Source of the DNA: Zootoca vivipara | Taxonomy: Eukaryota | NCBI RefSeq assembly: GCF_963506605.1 | Contig: NC_083288.1 | Coordinates: 36,704,001-36,768,000, forward strand | Direction: 5' to 3' | DNA length: 64,000 bases | Shown here: positions 1 to 10,286 of the stretch, piece by piece | Position numbering within the stretch: position 1 is the first letter of the stretch | Layout of the letters: each line of letters opens with the position of its first letter | Program-made: the position numbers and the translations under genes | Notes under the pieces: model-generated | Database searches by the model: none | What the model was told of the DNA's origin: nothing | The model's input: only the letters and a program-made list of their open reading frames with translations

Positions 1-132
1 TTTAAGTGCAGCATAAGCTAGGCAACAGTAGGAAAGGAGACTATTTGTGACTATTTTTATTTGGTTTTACATGGTGGAAAATGACAGTTGAAGTCATACT
101 CATTCTGTCTTCCAAAAGTGGTTGGGATTAGA

Positions 133-266
133 AATCATAGAATTGTAGAGTTGGAAGGGACCCTGAGGATCATCTAGGATCATCTAGGAATATGCAGCTG
201 CCCCATATGGGGATCAAACCTGCGACCCTGGTGGTATCAGCACCATACTCTAACCAACAGAGCTAT
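133..266 (-). mobile_element. tRNA-head/CR1-tail SINE, degenerate
   Basis: + strand begins AATCATAGAATTGTAGAGTTGGAAGGGACC (reverse of the CR1 3' tail) and ends with a reversed tRNA-like head (ATCAAACCTGCGACC...CTAACCAACAGAGCTA). Confidence 0.65.
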
Positions 267-652
267 CCAGGCAATTAATTCCTAAGAAAATAAATACTGC
301 GGTTTGCACCTGCTCACAAAATCACCTCCTTTGACACAGAAATCCTGCCAGAAATCCCAAATGTTTGAGACCTAGCTGTGGCTATTCAGGAACACTCTGC
401 CCATGCTCAGAGACACAAGTACTTACAGTATTATGCATATCCCATGGCTAAAGCCTAGTAATAAACTAATGATCTAGTTTGCTTAGTATGGCTGGCTGCT
501 TTTGTTCTTCTACGTATATAAACTCCTATGTTTGTAATAAAAACCTTTAAACCACTTTCACAGATGTCTTACTTATATATATTTTAAATAAATCTGTCAG
601 CAAATAAACTGGCCCTTTGATTGATGACAATGTTCCAGTTATTGCAATATGA

Positions 653-824
653 AGGGCCATAGCTTAGTGCAAGCCAAAGGTCCCTGGTTCGATCTGCAGC
701 ATCTCTAGGTAGAGTTGGGAGACACTCGCCTGAAACCCTGGAGAGCAGCTGCCAGTCAGTGTAGACAATACTGAGCAATATAGACCAATGGTCTCACTCA
801 ACATAAGGCAGTTTCCTATGTTCC
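653..824 (+). mobile_element. Squamate tRNA-derived SINE (Squam3-like)
   Basis: GGGCCATAGCTTAGTG head, GGTTCGATC B-box and body CTGAAACCCTGGAGAGCAGCTGCCAGTCAGTGTAGACAATACTGAG. Related copies at ~38945-39090(-), 42603-42940 and 52993-53170. Confidence 0.65.
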
Positions 825-1098
825 TATCCCAGTAGTCAAAATTGCGCATTTGTGTGCGTTTTAACTAGATAATTAATTCACTGAAAGTGAGGAGAGAACA
901 ACGAGAGGATAGTGATTTTTAAGTGCTGTGAAGTAGAATAATTTATAGAATTACCGCGGCTCGCTTTATGGAGAGAAAAGCAACAGGCGCCTGAAGTGGA
1001 GGATACCACTGAGCCTTTCAGTAGCACTTTAAAAACAAAATTTAAATAAATCAATAGGGCTGCGGTGAATAGTCTGTTGCCATGGTAATGGAACCAAT

Positions 1099-1531
1099 TG
1101 CCCTTTTCTGAAATGGCGCTTCGGGATAGCGCTTTGTGGGGGAAGGGAGTCCTCTGCCCTGTTCCAAGATGTCCTTTGATAAACTTGCCCACACTTAAAA
1201 TGGCCGTTTCGGGAAAAAATCAATAGGTGCATCGGTATGCAGTACACGGCCTCTTTAGAGACAGCGCGGCTGGCGACTGCCCTTTTCTAAGATGGTGGCG
1301 GTCCGGGACGAGTAGCGCCTCTCAAAATGGCGGCAGGCATTCTCTGCCCATACTCAAAATGGCGCTCACCTTTTACCGTGTTTTTAATGACGAATAAAGC
1401 CGCGCAAATAATAAAAACGGGCTACCGCCATTCCATCTTCCCACAACTCAGATTTCTAGCGCTGACTTTCAGAGAGAAACTCTCTAAGACTACATTCATT
1501 TAAAAGAGCAGTTTCCCTTAATAAAGATGGC
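1099..1531. promoter_or_regulatory. CpG-rich array of YY1-type sites (AANATGGC), most preceded by TGCCC at fixed 6-bp spacing; probable first intron/promoter of a minus-strand gene leaving the window
   Basis: Sites at 1099-1118, 1155-1173, 1186-1204, 1278-1296, 1324-1334, 1345-1363 and 1513-1531, all in one orientation. Minus-strand donor-like sites AG|GTGAGC at 1370 and AG|GTAAGA at 1599. Confidence 0.65.
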
Positions 1532-1850
1532 CGCACTCTTCTCTTTTAACAAATGTGACTGGGTGCTAACGCTTAATACGGCTTTTAAACTTTCTTACCT
1601 AAAATATCTTAATTTGAATTCAAAGTGCGGAAGGAAGGCTTTGACCCGCTGAGTTACTATGGGAAGGTTTTGTGAACCCCAACAGAGAGAGGGAGATTGA
1701 CTAACGTTTTCCAATATGGCCACCTGCTCCTTTTTCCTTTTAACTGAATTAGCGTGTCCCTTTTGAGAAACATAGACTAAAAATCCTAGAGAGATCATTC
1801 CAATAGTCAAACACGGGACAATGCTAGTTTTGACGTAATTCCCCCTAGGA

Positions 1851-1985
1851 CAGGCATCCCCAAACTTCGGCCCTCCAGATGTTTTGGACTACAATTCCCA
1901 TCTTCCCTGACCACTGGTCCTGTTAGCTAGGGATCATGGGAGTTGTAGGCCAAAAATCTGGAGGGCCGCAGTTTGGGGATGCCTG
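1851..1985. mobile_element. hAT (Charlie-type) MITE, ~135 bp
   Basis: TIRs CAGGCATCCCCAAACT.../...AGTTTGGGGATGCCTG with a perfect 8-bp TSD CCCTAGGA. Confidence 0.92.
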
Positions 1986-2445
1986 CCCTAGGATGTCGAG
2001 TGAAAGTGATAGCAGCCCATAGGACACAATGTAGAAATTCATGAATATGTAGTGTAGCTATGGTGCCCCAAAGTAGAATCTACCTGAAACGGGGTTTTAT
2101 ACTCTTAAATTCTTGTTTTGTGTGACGAATGTGCATGTCTGCTTGTATAAAGTGTTAAAACATTTGCAAATTGTGCCGCAAATGCAAATAAAATACTCAG
2201 CCTTCTTTTTTTTTTCCTAACGGGTAGGATGGGGCGCTGAAGCTGAATAAATTACAAGAAGTCTGAAATTAAAGTCCAAAGATTTTATATTAAAACATTA
2301 ACGCTACACCGCCTCCAGCCTTTGGCACAACAAGCAGCCTTGTTAAACGGTGTTAACAACTTTATTATTAATTTAATTTATTAATCGCTTCCTATGAAAC
2401 ATCCCAAAGCGATTGATGATTTTTTAAAAAAAGTATAGCTTCTCA

Positions 2446-2910
2446 GGGACAGAACAACCTAAACTGTATAGAAACTTATTCATGTATGCTACTACAGTGG
2501 CAAGAATGTTACTTGCCCCAAAACGGTGGCGTAAGTCCCAGCAAAGAAAGAATGGATACAAGATACAATGGAATATGCCGCAATGGTGAAGCTTACCAGA
2601 AGAATAAGAAATCAAGATAACACAATTTTCATAAAAGAATGGAAATGGTTCATTTAATATTTACAGATAAATTGTAAACAGATAAAAACATTGGCAGGAT
2701 TATTGTAATAACCTGCAGTTTCATAAGAGTATATATGTAAAGATGATGAATAAATGAGCAAATTAAGTTAATTCGGACATGCAGAAGATATTAAAAATAA
2801 ATTTAAGGAACCGTAGAAAGAGGGGGAAGGAAGTCATGTTTTGAAATGTCAAAATGATTGCAAAATTAGTGAAATCTATAAACTTGAAAAGTAATTTTTT
2901 AAAAAGGAAG
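2446..2910 (+). mobile_element. 5'-truncated L1-like LINE 3' fragment
   Basis: A-rich degenerate ORF2-end-like sequence bounded by a 13-bp direct repeat GTATAGCTTCTCA (2433-2445 / 2911-2923). Confidence 0.6.
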
Positions 2911-3241
2911 GTATAGCTTCTCACCCGACGAAGTAATTTTGAAAATTGAAAATCTCCCTTACAAGTTACACCTCAACGGTAGTTAAAGTTTAAATCAATT
3001 TAAAGTGGTCTCTGGAATGCCTTCGCAACTCAAAAGTCAGCGCTTTACATGCAGTGAAGTCATGCTAACGAGCTCTTCAAACAAAAATGTGGACACGATA
3101 AATCGAGGTGCTTGCGTTAGTCTCCCATTTCTGCGTCTATGTTGAGTATACATCGTCGAAGGAGGAAAACGTAAGCAGAAGGTTAGGGATGCCGAGCCCA
3201 TAGTGGGGCGTGGCTAGGGAGAGCAGCTGCCCGCTTTCAAG

Positions 3242-6200
3242 ATGGAGGAGCCCAGCACGTGGGATGAGCCGAGCAGCGGCTCGAGTAGCAGTAATGAGGA
3301 AGATGAGGGCATGGAAATGGAGGAGAAGGAGCAAGAAGAAGAGAAGGGTCGAAAGGGAGCTTACGTGCCAGGACAGGGGGCCCCTCCAGCACCTGGGGAA
3401 GAACTGGTGATGGACGAGGGTGCCTATCGCCTCTATCATCGCGCAGGCACAGGTCAGATCATGTATTGGAAGGAGGGTGGGGGGGTCTGTCTTTTTGGAT
3501 TGGAAAGGAAGGGGACGCTTTCAAAGGTGAACGGGAAAGGATTCCAAGATTGTAGACAGGGAGAAATGCAGGTGGGAATTTGTCAGGTTATACCGGTAGA
3601 TGCATTGGTTCTTAGATGTGGGCCACACAGGGGTTAGTTTGGTTGTACTGTATAGGCGAGCCTGACTCCTAAAGATCTCGGCCACAAATATTACGGGGAT
3701 GTGGCGTGGCCAGAGATCTTTAGGAGTCAGGGGCCAGAAGATATGGTGTGTGCAAGAGCTGTAGCTAAATAGTAAGATTCGAAATAGATTCCACTGCATG
3801 TTTTTGCACAAAGTTAGTACAGTAATTGTGAGTACAGAACTAGGATCTGAGGGCTGTGCCGGACCTCCTGTTGTTCTAGTTATATCAAAAAGGTGAAACA
3901 AATATTAAAAACACCCCAAAGCAATTTCAGCATAAACATTTCCTGCAGAGAGGCCTAAAACTAAATCTGCAATAAATTTACATACCACCATGTAGATGTT
4001 AAGATACAAACAATTATTTGTATACAGCGAGGAAGGTTATGACTGTAAATCAACGTGAAGAAAACTCACAGTAGATATGGGGCAAAGAGGGGAATTGCCA
4101 CAGAAATGAATGCTGATGTCCCTGTGTCTCCTTCGACCCCCTGCAGGTTCCCCTTGTTTGAGCTTTGACATTTTGCGAGATGCCCTTGGAGAAAATCGAA
4201 CCACCTACCCGCTGAGCCTTCTCCTTTGTGCTGGAACTCAGGCTGAAACTGCCAATGCCAACAGGTGAGTTCGCGAGGAGCTTGGCTTCCATCAAGCCAG
4301 CTACACTTGTCCTGCTGAAGCCAGGACAAGAGGGCCTATGGCAGGGATGTGGGACCCCTGGCTTTCCCTAGTTGTCAGGAATGCTGGGAACTGTAGTTAC
4401 CACCATCTGGACTGGAGGCCCAGAGTTTCGCCATCCTTGAAAACACCTCCTTATGTACCATTTAAATGTCTCTCATTTTCTCCCCCGTCCCCCTGCAAAT
4501 AGGCTGATGGTGATGAAGATGCACCACCTCTATGGGACCAAACGCGCTGGCAAGGATTCTTCAGAGTCAGAGAGTAGCAGCGACAGTGAAAGTGATGAAG
4601 ATGAAGAGAAAAAACCCCAGCTGGAACTGGCCATGGTCCCCCATTATGGGGGTATTAACAGAGTTCGGGTACGAACCATATTTCCTGCTGTTCTCTCACT
4701 CTGCTCCGGCAAAGTTCTCTACCTTAATGGTCCGTTGTTGTTTCGATAGGTGACAGAATTAGGTGGATCGCAGGTCGCAGCGGTTTGGTCTGAGAAGGGG
4801 CAAGTGGACATATACGATCTACAGCGCCCCCTTGTGGCCCTGTCCGACTCTCAAGCCATGGCAGCCTTTCTGCGAGAAGAGCAGGCCAAGATCAAACCTA
4901 TCTTCTCATTCGCTGGGCATATGACGGAAGGATTTGCTATGGACTGGTCTCCCAAGAAACCAGGTAATCAGCTGGGATGGAACGGGAATGGGCAGAGCTG
5001 GGAACGTAGGCACAGGAGACCTGGACCGGCAGGACTGCAGTTCATAATAAATTGTGCCTCTCCTATTCCAGGGACTCTTTTGACTGGTGATTGCAACAAG
5101 AACATCCATCTGTGGACACCCAAGGAAGATGGATCATGGCTTGTAGACCAGCGGCCTTTCACAGCCCACACTGCATCAGTGGAAGACCTGCAGTGGTCCC
5201 CAAATGAAGCTACGGTGAGGAAGTGGTTTGATGGGTGCAGCTTGCTTTACATTGAAAATTTCTGTGCTTGGGGAAATGTTAATGTGCTTCCTAATTACCT
5301 GGTATTTAATCAAAGTACTTCAAATCAGCTAAGGCTGCATTTTTTATTTTTTAAAAAGCCAGTTGCCTATTATTTCTCTTGCTTATGCTTGGCCACAAGG
5401 TTGGTTTAATGCAGGCTTCCTCAACCTCGGCCCTCAATATGTTTTTGGCCTACAACTCCCATGATCCCAAGCTAGCAGGACCAGTGGTCAGGGATGATGG
5501 GAATTGTAGTCTCAAAACACCTGGAGGGCCGAGGTTGAGGAAGCCTGGTTTAATGGAATCTTAAATCAGATTGGCCTTGATTTGCATTTTTAAAAAAGAT
5601 ATAGCCGAAGATCAGATCCTGGTGTCAGGTGAAGTTTTCCTTTGCAGGTGAGCTTGAGTTTAAGCTGGTGTTGTAAAGCAAAAATGTTCCTTTGCTCACA
5701 TGGTTTTCCTTTCCTCACATGCTTTGAAATCAAGCATTTTCCTTTATGCTGCCTTTGCAGTTTGAAACCAAATTGTCTGGGCAAAAGAAGCAAGGCTTGT
5801 TCTCAGCTGCAACTGCAAGCTCCACTTTCCATAGGGGTTAGCTCTACTTGAAGTTCCCAAGTGGAACCAATTCCAGTGTAGCTTGCATTTGCCCCTACAT
5901 TTCAGAGGAATTGAATGTAAGCCCCGCTTGTCAAAGAACAACTCTTGATCCCCTGCAGCTGTATTTTTACCTGCACCCAGCTTGATAAGACATTGGGTGG
6001 GGATTTATTTGGGGTTGGGACTGCCTTACAGGGGCCCTATTAAGACCCCTGCCAGGCCTAATGCTATGCTCTGACTCTGCAGTCAGAGGTAGTAAAGCTT
6101 CTGACTACCAGTTGCTGTAAACCACAGGAGGGGAAAGTGCTCTCCATGGGCATCTGATTGGCCACAGGGAGGACAGGAAGCTGGGCTTGATTGGCCTGAT

Positions 6201-8100
6201 CCAGCAGGCTCTTCCTATGGTCTTAATTAAGCCTGCGATACAGAGGTTCTCCACTGCATCACTTTGCATGGCTTTTTCCACATTTCCTTTTAATTGTGTT
6301 CCACCGCACTGGATATCCCTGTGCCTTTTCTCCTTCCTATTCATTGTGGACAAAATCTCAAATTCTGCAGAAGCTTGACACAAACAGCACAAAACGAACA
6401 TTTATTATACGAAGCAAATCAATATACATTTTACTCTTCTTTTTTTACATTTTTTATTTGTATACAGTCTTTCTATTGTACTGTACGATACTTAAGGCTG
6501 TTTACAAGCTGAAGAAACCAAAAATGTACATCTTATAACAATCTAATGCAATACAGAAATGTGATACCAAAACAAAACTTTAAAATAAGCAACCTACATC
6601 AAAAAGTAACATTGAACAATTATTAGAATAGTATAAAATAATAATAATATCAACATATAAAAGTTAAAGAGAAATCCACTTAACAGGTACAATAATTTCT
6701 AAACTATAATCAACAAAACAACAGCAAGCCACAGTACAAAAAAAGAATACAATACAAATTGAGAAGCAGAGACTAGAGCAGGCATCCCCAAACTTCGGCC
6801 CTCCTGATGTTTTGGACTACAATTCCCATCATCCCTGACCACTGGTCCTGTTAGCTAGGGATCATGGGAGTTGTACGCCAAAACATCTGGAGGGCCGCAG
6901 TTTGGGGATGCCTGGACTAGAGGGTGGAGCAAGGCAGGTGCAAGAAGGCCTTGCCTGATGGAGTCTCTCCCCTCACATAGGCACTGCTTTGCCAACCTGA
7001 GCACAAATCGTTAAGCCGATTTGTAATTACCAGGTAACTGGTCCAATTCAGAACATCGATGCACGAGTTGTGATTCTAAACTCCGATGACAGTTCACAGG
7101 GGAAAGGCCGATTTAGACGACTTCATAAGGGCATACTGGAATTTGCGAGAGAAACAAGGCCTGATGCAGGGACGTGAGAGCTCTCCGCTATGTTTAACCA
7201 TAACAATTCTGTGCCCTTGTTCTTGGATCAGGTTTTTGCTTCCTGCTCAGCGGATGCCTCCATCCGCATCTGGGACACACGGGCGCCACCAGGGAAAGCC
7301 TGCATGCTGACTGCCGGCCAGGCGCATGATGCAGACGTCAACGTCATCAGCTGGAATCGAAACGAGCCCTTCATCGTCAGCGGGGGTGATGATGGGATCC
7401 TCAGGATCTGGGACCTCAGGCAGTTCCAGGTTAGAAATCACTTTCAAAATATGTTAGGGCAGGCATCCCCAAACTTCGGCCCTCCAGATGTTTTGGACTA
7501 CAATTCCCATCATCCCTGACCACTGGTCCTGTTAGCTAGGGATCATGGGAATTGTAGGCCAAAACATCTGGAGGGCCGAAGTTTGGGGGTGCCTGTATTA
7601 GGGGAAACCTTTAGATGTTGCTGAACTACAACTCCCATCAGCCCCAGGGAACGTGGCCAGGGATGATGGGAGTTGTCGTTTCGCAACAAGGTTCCCCACA
7701 CCTGTACACATTATTTCCTCTTCAAATCTTCTTCATGAGCAATAGCCCCCAAACTCAACCCTCCTTTTGTCTTCCCCTTTCTCTGCAGAAAGGGTCAGCT
7801 GTTGCCACCTTCAAGCAGCACACAGCACCCATCACGTCTGTCGAATGGCACCCTACAGACAGCGGCGTGTTTGCAGCCTCTGGCGCCGATGACCAGGTGA
7901 CGCAGTGGGACTTGGCTGTGGAGCGAGACGAGGAGGCAGAGGCCAAGGACCCAGCTTTGGCCTCTATCCCACCCCAACTGCTGTTTGTTCACCAGGGAGA
8001 GAACGACATTAAAGAGCTGCATTGGCATCCACAGTGCCCTGGCACCCTCATCACCACAGCCCTATCTGGCTTCAACATCTTCCGGACTATCAGCGTCTGA
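3242..8100 (+). CDS. GRWD1: Glutamate-rich WD repeat-containing protein 1 (Rrb1 homolog), 7 coding exons, 453 aa
   Basis: Exons 3242-3452, 4147-4264, 4503-4668, 4750-4963, 5072-5214, 7232-7429, 7789-8100. All junctions are GT-AG and in frame (1362 nt). Motifs [58 protein letters not shown] and C-terminal FNIFRTISV. Confidence 0.96.
5412..5547. mobile_element. hAT MITE (CAGGCTTCCTCAACC-TIR subfamily)
   Basis: TIRs CAGGCTTCCTCAACCTCGGCCCTC / GAGGGCCGAGGTTGAGGAAGCCTG with TSD GTTTAATG. Confidence 0.9.
6779..6914. mobile_element. hAT MITE
   Basis: Same TIRs as the 1851 copy; TSD GACTAGAG. Confidence 0.92.
7460..7595. mobile_element. hAT MITE, 30 bp downstream of the GRWD1 exon 6 donor
   Basis: Same TIRs as the 1851 copy; TSD TGTTAGGG/TATTAGGG. 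Confidence 0.9.
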
Positions 8101-8654
8101 GGGAGAGCGAGGCTTTCAAAATGGCCGCCTGGGGTTTGTGGACCTGTTGCCGAGGGAGGTGCTAAGCCACCGTAACCTTCGTCGCTTCTTTCGAGATGGC
8201 TGCAATCTCTCCTCCCTGTGGAGGTGAACCTTCTAAAAATGGGTTCTTTTGTTGGTTTAATAACTATCTTTGCTTTTGGAATAGTCTTCACAGCTGCCCC
8301 GATTAAGCTTTGCAGTCTTTTGATGAGGTCATCACCTCTCCGTGTCATTCCGTTAATGAGTGATAATGATTAGAATAGCCTTTGCTCTGCTTTATCTACA
8401 CTCATTCATTCCTCGAACAAATCGGATGATTCAGGTCTCATTTAGATGTTGCCACTCCACTATGGGAAAAATTCAAAACAGACTTAATGGCTTTCTCTGT
8501 GTGTGGAATCATCCAGTTGTCCGGGGGGTCCTTTACCTTTTTACGTACAATGTATAAAACAGTTTGCAAGCATCTGCTTAACTGTTCATCAGAGCCTACC
8601 ACTGATGCTGCAGGGGGCGGAGGGGAAGTTGTTTGTAAAGAATAATGTATTTTA

Positions 8655-8660
8655 AATAAA
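8655..8660 (+). terminator. Probable GRWD1 polyadenylation signal
   Basis: AATAAA ~555 nt after the stop codon, in an AT-rich context. Confidence 0.55.
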
Positions 8661-8744
8661 TATAAATTATTTTCGAGTGAAGGTTAAAACCCCATCTTAA
8701 ATTTTGACAGGCTGAAGATTTGAAGGGGAAATAGTGCGACATAA

Positions 8745-9106
8745 GGGACCCAGGTGGCGCTGTGGGTTAAACCACAGAGACTAGGGCTTGCTGATCAGAA
8801 GGTCGGTGGTTCGAATCCCTGCGACGGGGTGAGCTCCTGTTGCTCGGTCCCAGCTCCTGTCCACCTAGCAGTTCGAAAGCACGTCAAAGTGCAAGTAGAT
8901 AAATGGGGACTGCTCCAGCGGGAAGGTAAACGGCGTTTCTGTGCGCTGCTCTGGTTCGCCAGAAGCAGCTTTGTCAGGCTGGCCACATGACCCAGAAGCT
9001 GTCTGCGGACAAACGCCGGCTCCCTCGGCTTATAGAGCAAGATGAGGGCCACAACCCCAGAGTCGGACACGACTGGACCTGATGGTCAGGGGCCCCTTTA
9101 CCTTTA
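8745..9106 (+). mobile_element. Sauria SINE, full length
   Basis: Head GGGACCCAGGTGGCGCTGTGGGTTAAACC, B-box GGTTCGAATCCC, Bov-B-like 3' end and (ACCTTT)n tail. Flanked by an imperfect direct repeat GTGCGACATA/GTACGACATA. Confidence 0.9.
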
Positions 9107-9395
9107 AGGTACGACATACTAAGCCCACTGTCCTGCAACAGCCATGCACACAGAGCCCAGCAGGGGCTCTCTAAGCCTCATCCATTTGCCACTTACCGAA
9201 AACAGAGAAGAACTGGGGAGCAGCATTACCCTACAATAATTTCTCTGATCATATGTAATACAGACTACACGATAAGTCAGAGCTTTTTAATAATTGTATT
9301 TTTTATGTTGCGAACCACGGGTGATACACAAATTTAATAAAAATTAATTTTTCAAAGTGGAAGCTAGGAATTCCCTTTGCCCCGTGTCGCAAAGT

Positions 9396-9620
9396 GCCAG
9401 TGTGGTGTAGTGTTTGGAGTGTCAGACCAGGACCTGTGAGACCAGGGTTCAAATCCCTACTTGGGCTTGGCGCTCACTGTGGGTGACCCTGAGCCAGTCA
9501 CTGCCTTTCAGCCTAACCTATTGCCAAGGGTTGTTGTGGGGATTAAATGAGGGGGAGAACCATTAACGCCACCTTGAGCTTCCGGGAGAAAACGGTGGGA
9601 TATAAATGCAAGAAACAAAT
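9396..9620 (+). mobile_element. Old tRNA-head SINE with L2/MIR-like tail
   Basis: GCCAGTGTGGTGTAGTG...GGTTCAAATCCC head and GGGATATAAATG tail; a similar copy lies at ~20730-20935. Confidence 0.55.
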
Positions 9621-10286
9621 AGGCCTGTGCCACCCTCAACCTCTCATACCAGAGGGGAGGGTGTCCCTTCTTTCTTTTCTGGCCCTAGGAAATCTGCCTA
9701 GGTCACATACCCATTTCCCTAGGTCAGATCCCATCACCTTCACTCCACACCTTCCTTGTGTGGCTGATGTGTTTTTGAACTGTGGTGCCTCTTGCTCATC
9801 TGCATGGGAAGAGGGGTTTGTAGTTGCAAGCAAAGAGGCCTCCGCCTGAATGTAGCTTTCAATAAATAAAGGAAGACTCACAACTGTTGCTCTGGCCCCA
9901 CCAGTTCACCCCCACAAAGGTTGCCTGTGGGCTGCAAAAGGTTTCCCCTGATAAGGCTCGAACCTCTTCCTGTTATTTTTGAGCAAGCGCAAACCTTGCC
10001 TCCAGGCAGCTGGGAAAAGAAAAATTACACTACTGCAGAAACTCTGCCAAAAATCAGTCCAAGTATTTCTCCTTGGCCATCTTATTTATGTACGCAGAGC
10101 TGCCCTCCATGAGACATGGAGATGTCTGTTGGGAGACTTAACTACACACACCGACAATTGTAATGCGGAGGGTTAACTGTAAACGAGGTAAGAGAACAGC
10201 CGGAGTAGACTGTGCTATAATAGCTGAAGCCCAGCCCCGCACGACTGTTGGAACGGCAACCCTAAATCACCACGGGCAGCCCGTTT

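Noticed and set aside
1387-1465. C/D-box snoRNA candidate (ATGACGA ... CTGA)
   Set aside because: The C box is non-canonical, there is no terminal stem or recognisable rRNA guide, and it is antisense to the inferred host transcript.
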